DNA of 32,000 nt, from assembly GCF_000021865.1 (NCBI RefSeq), contig NC_014034.1, positions 1,830,001 to 1,862,000 on the forward strand, read 5' to 3'. Origin of the DNA: Rhodobacter capsulatus SB 1003. GTDB lineage: Bacteria; Pseudomonadota; Alphaproteobacteria; Rhodobacterales; Rhodobacteraceae. The position numbers and the translations under genes are program-made. The stretch's first letter is position 1. Each line of letters opens with the position of its first letter. Positions 28,083 through 32,000 of this stretch are shown in pieces. The notes below the pieces were generated by a model, which was given only the letters and a program-made list of their open reading frames with translations, did no database searches and had not been told where the DNA came from.

Positions 28083-29117
28083 ATGCGCAGCACCTTGCAA
28101 TATTTCAGCTGGGCATTCGGGTTCACCGCGGTTGGCCTTGCCCTGGCGATGTGGCTTGGCTTCACCTATGAGCACACGACCCACGGGGCGCTGTCGTTCT
28201 TCTTCGTCGCCTGCGTGCTGGCGGTGCTGGAAATCTCGCTCTCCTTCGACAATGCGATCATCAACGCCAACAAGCTCGGGCAGATGACGCCGGAATGGCA
28301 GCGCCGCTTCCTGACCTGGGGGATCCTGATCGCGGTTTTCGGCATGCGGATCCTGTTTCCGCTGCTGATCGTCGTCATCGCCGCGGGCATCGGCCCGATC
28401 GAGGCGCTTCGCATCGCCGCGACGCAACCGGCGGAATATTCGCGCATCATCGGCGAGGCGCATCTGTCGATCGCGGCCTTTGGCGGCGCCTTTCTGATGA
28501 TGGTGGCGCTGAGCTATTTCGTCGATGAAAGCAAGGAAGTGCACTGGTTCGTCGCGCTGGAGAAACGGCTCAGCTCCTGGGCCTCGATCCGCGGCATCGA
28601 GGTCGGTTTCCTGCTGGCGATCGTGCTCGCCTTTGCCTGGTGGCTGCCGGTGAAGACCGAGGGCACCTTTCTGGTCGCCGCCTGCACCGGGCTTCTGACC
28701 TTCCTTGCCGTCGAGGGGTTGGGGCAGGTGCTCGACAAGGCCTCGCTTTCGGGTGATGTCGCCAAGGGCGGGCTGGGCGCCTTTCTTTACCTTGAGGTGC
28801 TCGATGCCTCGTTCAGCTTCGACGGCGTGATCGGCGCCTTCGCGCTGACGCAAAACCTGTTCCTGATCGCCATCGGCCTGGGCATCGGGGCGTTCTACGT
28901 GCGCTCGATGACGGTGATGCTGGTCGAACGCCAGGCGCTGAGCGAGTTCCGCTATCTGGAACACGGGGCGTTCTGGTCGATCCTGGTGCTGTCGGTGGCG
29001 ATGTTCGCCCAGACCCTGATGCATGTGCCGGAATGGGCGACCGGGCTTCTGGGCGTCGTCTTCATCGGGCTGAGCCTGATGTCCTCGCTGCGCTGGCGCC
29101 GGTCGAACCCGGCCTGA
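28083..29117 (+). CDS. DUF475 (TerC-like) integral membrane protein
   Basis: The start MRSTLQYF has GGAGA upstream. It is a multi-TM protein. The EISLSFDNA motif and a second LDASFSFDG motif are present. Confidence 0.8.
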   Translation: MRSTLQYFSWAFGFTAVGLALAMWLGFTYEHTTHGALSFFFVACVLAVLEISLSFDNAIINANKLGQMTPEWQRRFLTWGILIAVFGMRILFPLLIVVIAAGIGPIEALRIAATQPAEYSRIIGEAHLSIAAFGGAFLMMVALSYFVDESKEVHWFVALEKRLSSWASIRGIEVGFLLAIVLAFAWWLPVKTEGTFLVAACTGLLTFLAVEGLGQVLDKASLSGDVAKGGLGAFLYLEVLDASFSFDGVIGAFALTQNLFLIAIGLGIGAFYVRSMTVMLVERQALSEFRYLEHGAFWSILVLSVAMFAQTLMHVPEWATGLLGVVFIGLSLMSSLRWRRSNPA

Positions 29118-29140
29118 GGCCGGGGCCCGCGACCAGATCC

Positions 29141-29178
29141 GACAAAAGGGCCGGTGCAGACCGGCCCTTTGCATTTTT
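29141..29178. terminator. bidirectional terminator between the DUF475 gene and the MCP gene
   Basis: An 11-bp perfect stem, AAAGGGCCGGT-gcag-ACCGGCCCTTT (29145-29170), is present. The plus strand continues GCATTTTT. The minus strand continues TTTTGTCGG. Confidence 0.85.
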
Positions 29179-31237
29179 ACGAGGCGCGGCGGAAGCTCTG
29201 CGCCCCCGCGCCCTCGCCCCCGGTCCGGAACACCGCCCCCTGCGCCGACAGATGCCCGGCCTGATCGCGCAGCACCGCCACCGCGGCCGAGCTTTCTTCG
29301 AACATCGCGGCGTTTTGCTGCGTCACCTGATCGAGCTGGTTCACCGCCGAGGAAATCTCGCCCAGGCCCATCGACTGTTCGGCGGCCGAATTGGCGATCG
29401 CCTGCACCAGCGTATCGACCTCGGCGACAAGATGATCGATCTCGCCCAGCGCCTGACCCGAGGAATTCACCAGATCGACGCCCTGCCGCACCTGTCGGCC
29501 CGAGGTTTCGATCAGCTCCGCAATCTCGCGCGCCGCTTCCGAAGAGCGCTGCGCCAGCGCCCGCACTTCGGAGGCGACAACGGCAAAGCCGCGCCCGGTC
29601 TCGCCCGCCCGCGCGGCTTCGACGCCCGCGTTCAGCGCCAGAAGGTTGGTCTGGAAGGCGATGTCGTCGATGACGCTGGTGATGCGCGAGATCTGTTCCG
29701 AGCTGCGGGCAATGTCGTTCATCGCCGAAATCGTCTGTTCCACGACGCGCCGCCCCTCGGTCGAGCGCTGCCGCGCCTTGCCGACCGCGCCCGCCGCATT
29801 GCGCGCGCCCGAGGACGAGCTTTCCACCGAGGAGGCGAGCTGGTTGATCGCCGCCGCGGTCTCTTCCAGCGAGGCCGCCTGGGTTTCGGTGCGCCGCCCC
29901 AGCTCCGCCGAGGCCCCGGACAGGCTTTCGGTCTCGCTCTGGATCGATTGCGCGCTGTCAAGGATCGAGCCGACCAGTTCCGCCATCCGGCCGATCGCCT
30001 CGTTGTAATTCTGGCGCAGGGTCTCGAATTCCGCCGCCATCGGCCGGTCAAGCCGGTGGTCAAGTTCGCCCGCGCTCATCGCGGCGATCGCCTGCTGGAA
30101 TTCGAAGATCGCCGCCTTGCGCGCGGTGATGTCGGTGGCGAATTTCACCACCTTGTAGGGCTTGCCCTCGGCGTCGAGGATCGGGTTGTAGCTGGCCTGG
30201 ATCCAGACCTCCTGCCCGGATTTGCCGATGCGGCGGAACTCGCCCACCTGCGGCTGTCCGGCGCGCAGATCGGCCCAGAAGCTGCGATAGGCGGCGCTGT
30301 CGCGGTCTTCGGGGCTGAGGAAGGTGGAATGGTGCTTGCCGATCACTTCCGGCAGGCCGTAGCCCAGAGCCCGCAAAAAGATGTCGTTCGCGGTCAGGGT
30401 GTTGCCGTTCATGTCGAATTCGATCGTCGCCTGCGAGCGGTTCAGCGCGGTGATCTGCCCGGCCTGATCGAGGGCGATGGTCTTGTCCGCCGTCACGTCA
30501 TAGGCGAATTTCACGATGCCGGTCAGCTTTCCGTCCAGCCCGAAGAGCGGGTTGTAGGTGGCGCGCAGCCAGATTTCGCGGCCGTTCTTGCCGATGCGCA
30601 GGAATTCGCCCTCGACCAGCTGGCCCGCGCGCAGGGTGTTCCAGAACTGAGCATAATCGGGCAGATCGGCCTTGCCCGCGGGCATGAACATGCGGTGTGA
30701 CTTGCCGATCACCTCCGCCTCGGCGTAGCCGGTGACCTTCAGGAAATTCTCGTTCACCTCGGTCACCGTGCCGTCCAGACTGAATTCGATCACCGCGGCC
30801 GAGCGGCAGATGGCCTGCATCATCGCCTCCATCCGCTTGGCTTTTTGGGTTTTTTCGGTGACATCGGCGGCAAAGTTCACCACCTGCGTGACCTTGCCCG
30901 CGCTGTCGCGGACCGGCACATAGGTCGCCTCGATCCAGACGGTGTCGCCGTTCTTGCGCAGCCGCGCCGCGGTGACGCGCTGCACCTGGCCCGCGCGCAG
31001 ACCGTCCCAGAACGGGCCCTTGCCGATGCGCGCGGCATCTTCGGGCGGCATCACCACGGCGATGGATTTCCCGGACAATTCCGCGGGCGCATAGCCCATC
31101 AGCGCGCTGTAGACCGGATTTGCCTGCTCGATCTTGCCGGTCATGTCGAAGATGACCACCGCCAGCGCGGTTTCGACGGCGGTTTTCTCTGCTTTTTCAA
31201 GGACAGTCTCGACAGTGGACTTCGAGCGGAACAGCAT
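29177..31237 (-). CDS. soluble methyl-accepting chemotaxis protein with three tandem PAS/PAC domains
   Basis: The start MLFRSKS has GGAG upstream. There are no TM segments. Three PAS modules of about 120 aa each end in a V(V/N)F(A)xD(V/I)T motif, followed by a HAMP-like linker. The MCP signalling domain is present ([39 protein letters not shown]). Confidence 0.9.
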   Translation of the reverse strand: MLFRSKSTVETVLEKAEKTAVETALAVVIFDMTGKIEQANPVYSALMGYAPAELSGKSIAVVMPPEDAARIGKGPFWDGLRAGQVQRVTAARLRKNGDTVWIEATYVPVRDSAGKVTQVVNFAADVTEKTQKAKRMEAMMQAICRSAAVIEFSLDGTVTEVNENFLKVTGYAEAEVIGKSHRMFMPAGKADLPDYAQFWNTLRAGQLVEGEFLRIGKNGREIWLRATYNPLFGLDGKLTGIVKFAYDVTADKTIALDQAGQITALNRSQATIEFDMNGNTLTANDIFLRALGYGLPEVIGKHHSTFLSPEDRDSAAYRSFWADLRAGQPQVGEFRRIGKSGQEVWIQASYNPILDAEGKPYKVVKFATDITARKAAIFEFQQAIAAMSAGELDHRLDRPMAAEFETLRQNYNEAIGRMAELVGSILDSAQSIQSETESLSGASAELGRRTETQAASLEETAAAINQLASSVESSSSGARNAAGAVGKARQRSTEGRRVVEQTISAMNDIARSSEQISRITSVIDDIAFQTNLLALNAGVEAARAGETGRGFAVVASEVRALAQRSSEAAREIAELIETSGRQVRQGVDLVNSSGQALGEIDHLVAEVDTLVQAIANSAAEQSMGLGEISSAVNQLDQVTQQNAAMFEESSAAVAVLRDQAGHLSAQGAVFRTGGEGAGAQSFRRAS

Positions 31238-31314
31238 GATGACTCCAGTGCGGCAAAACGGCGAGGCCACTTTAGGCGCCGGGTCTTGCCGTCACGTTAA
31301 TCCGCGCGTCAATT

Positions 31315-32000
31315 TCACGCTTTCTTGCCGTCCCTGGCCCAGCTTTGCATCACTTTGATGTAATTCGCCCGCTCGTAGCCCTCGGGATCCTCGATCGCGC
31401 CATGCGCCAGCATCCCCCGCACCGCGCCCAGATGGTTCACCCCCCGCGCCGTCAGCCAGTCTTCAAGCCCGCGCACCAGCACCTCCATATGCCCCGGCCC
31501 GTGCCGCAAAAGCGCCGAGGTGCTCATCACCACATCCGCCCCGGCCAGAAGATAGCGCACCACATCCTCGGCGCTTTCGACCCCGGTCGAGGCCGCAAGC
31601 GAACCGCCCAGCCGCCCCGACAACACGCCCACCCACAACAGCGGCAGCCGCATCTCGTAGCGCGTCGACAGCTGCAGCGCCGGGGTGACGCTCAGCCCGA
31701 CCGGGTCGATCTCGGGCTGATAGAAGCGGTTGAACAGCACGACCCCCTTTGCCCCCGCTGCAACGATGCGCTTGGCCATATGCGCGGGCGACGAAAAATA
31801 GGGCCCGATCTTCACCGCCACCGGGATCTTCACCGTCTCGCAGACCGCGCGCACCACATCGAGCGTGCGCCGCTCCACATCCGAGCCCGAGACATTCGGG
31901 TCGGTGGGCAGGAAATAGACGTTCAGCTCGATCGCGGCGGCGCCCGCCTCCTCCATGTCATGCGCGGTGTCGGTCCAGCCGGTGTCGGTGGTGCCGTTGA
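31315..32000 (-). CDS. dihydroorotate dehydrogenase-like TIM-barrel flavoprotein, 5'-truncated by window edge
   Basis: The frame stays open beyond the ATG at 31956 up to base 32000. The segment ELNVYFLP..IPVAVKIGPYF..GVVLFNRFYQPEID..STGVESAEDVVRYLLAGADVV is DHOD-family-like. Confidence 0.78.
   Translation of the reverse strand, partial: NGTTDTGWTDTAHDMEEAGAAAIELNVYFLPTDPNVSGSDVERRTLDVVRAVCETVKIPVAVKIGPYFSSPAHMAKRIVAAGAKGVVLFNRFYQPEIDPVGLSVTPALQLSTRYEMRLPLLWVGVLSGRLGGSLAASTGVESAEDVVRYLLAGADVVMSTSALLRHGPGHMEVLVRGLEDWLTARGVNHLGAVRGMLAHGAIEDPEGYERANYIKVMQSWARDGKKA

Noticed and set aside
31296-31312. GTTAATCCGCGCGTCAA upstream of the MCP gene looked like a CtrA box (TTAA-N7-TTAAC).
   Set aside because: Only one half-site (TTAAC on the coding strand) is intact. 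The other half is TTGA, and the spacing is 8 nt rather than 7. This is not enough for a call.

Overview
This is a high-GC alphaproteobacterial chromosome segment. Gene content and order fit a Rhodobacterales core region, and my closest recollection is Rhodobacter capsulatus (inference, no search run). The window opens inside the last and largest gene of a gene transfer agent (GTA) structural cluster, a g15-type TIM-barrel/host-specificity tail protein that is 5'-truncated. That gene runs, with no intergenic terminator, into a small translationally coupled ORF, then cysE, then a PlsC-like acyltransferase / CdsA-like cytidylyltransferase pair.

The rest is densely packed housekeeping:
- ftsB and pdhA-pdhB-pdhC
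- class I fba, pgk, two cyclophilins, tyrS, anmK
- a DUF2798/cupin convergent pair, and eno
- selO plus an EamA exporter
- an ABC-F ATPase plus a nucleoside hydrolase, and ndk
- a TfoX_C-only protein and a Gln-rich micro-ORF
- an Rrf2 regulator and a di-haem cytochrome c peroxidase
- an agmatinase-family hydrolase, a DUF475 membrane protein, a soluble triple-PAS MCP and a 5'-truncated DHOD-like gene

I call 31 CDS and nine intrinsic-terminator-like hairpins. I see no rRNA, tRNA, CRISPR array, transposase, integrase or recognisable defence genes. I do not see a convincing wholly new multi-gene system here.

The best leads are:
1. The unterminated GTA-to-cysE-to-lipid gene block and the small ORF coupled to g15.
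2. A nested palindromic element that fills the ppiA/tyrS spacer.
3. A structured leader upstream of the DUF2798 gene.
4. Operator-like palindromes upstream of the Rrf2 gene, and an FNR box at ccp.

All product calls come from reading motifs in the supplied translations. No database search was run.
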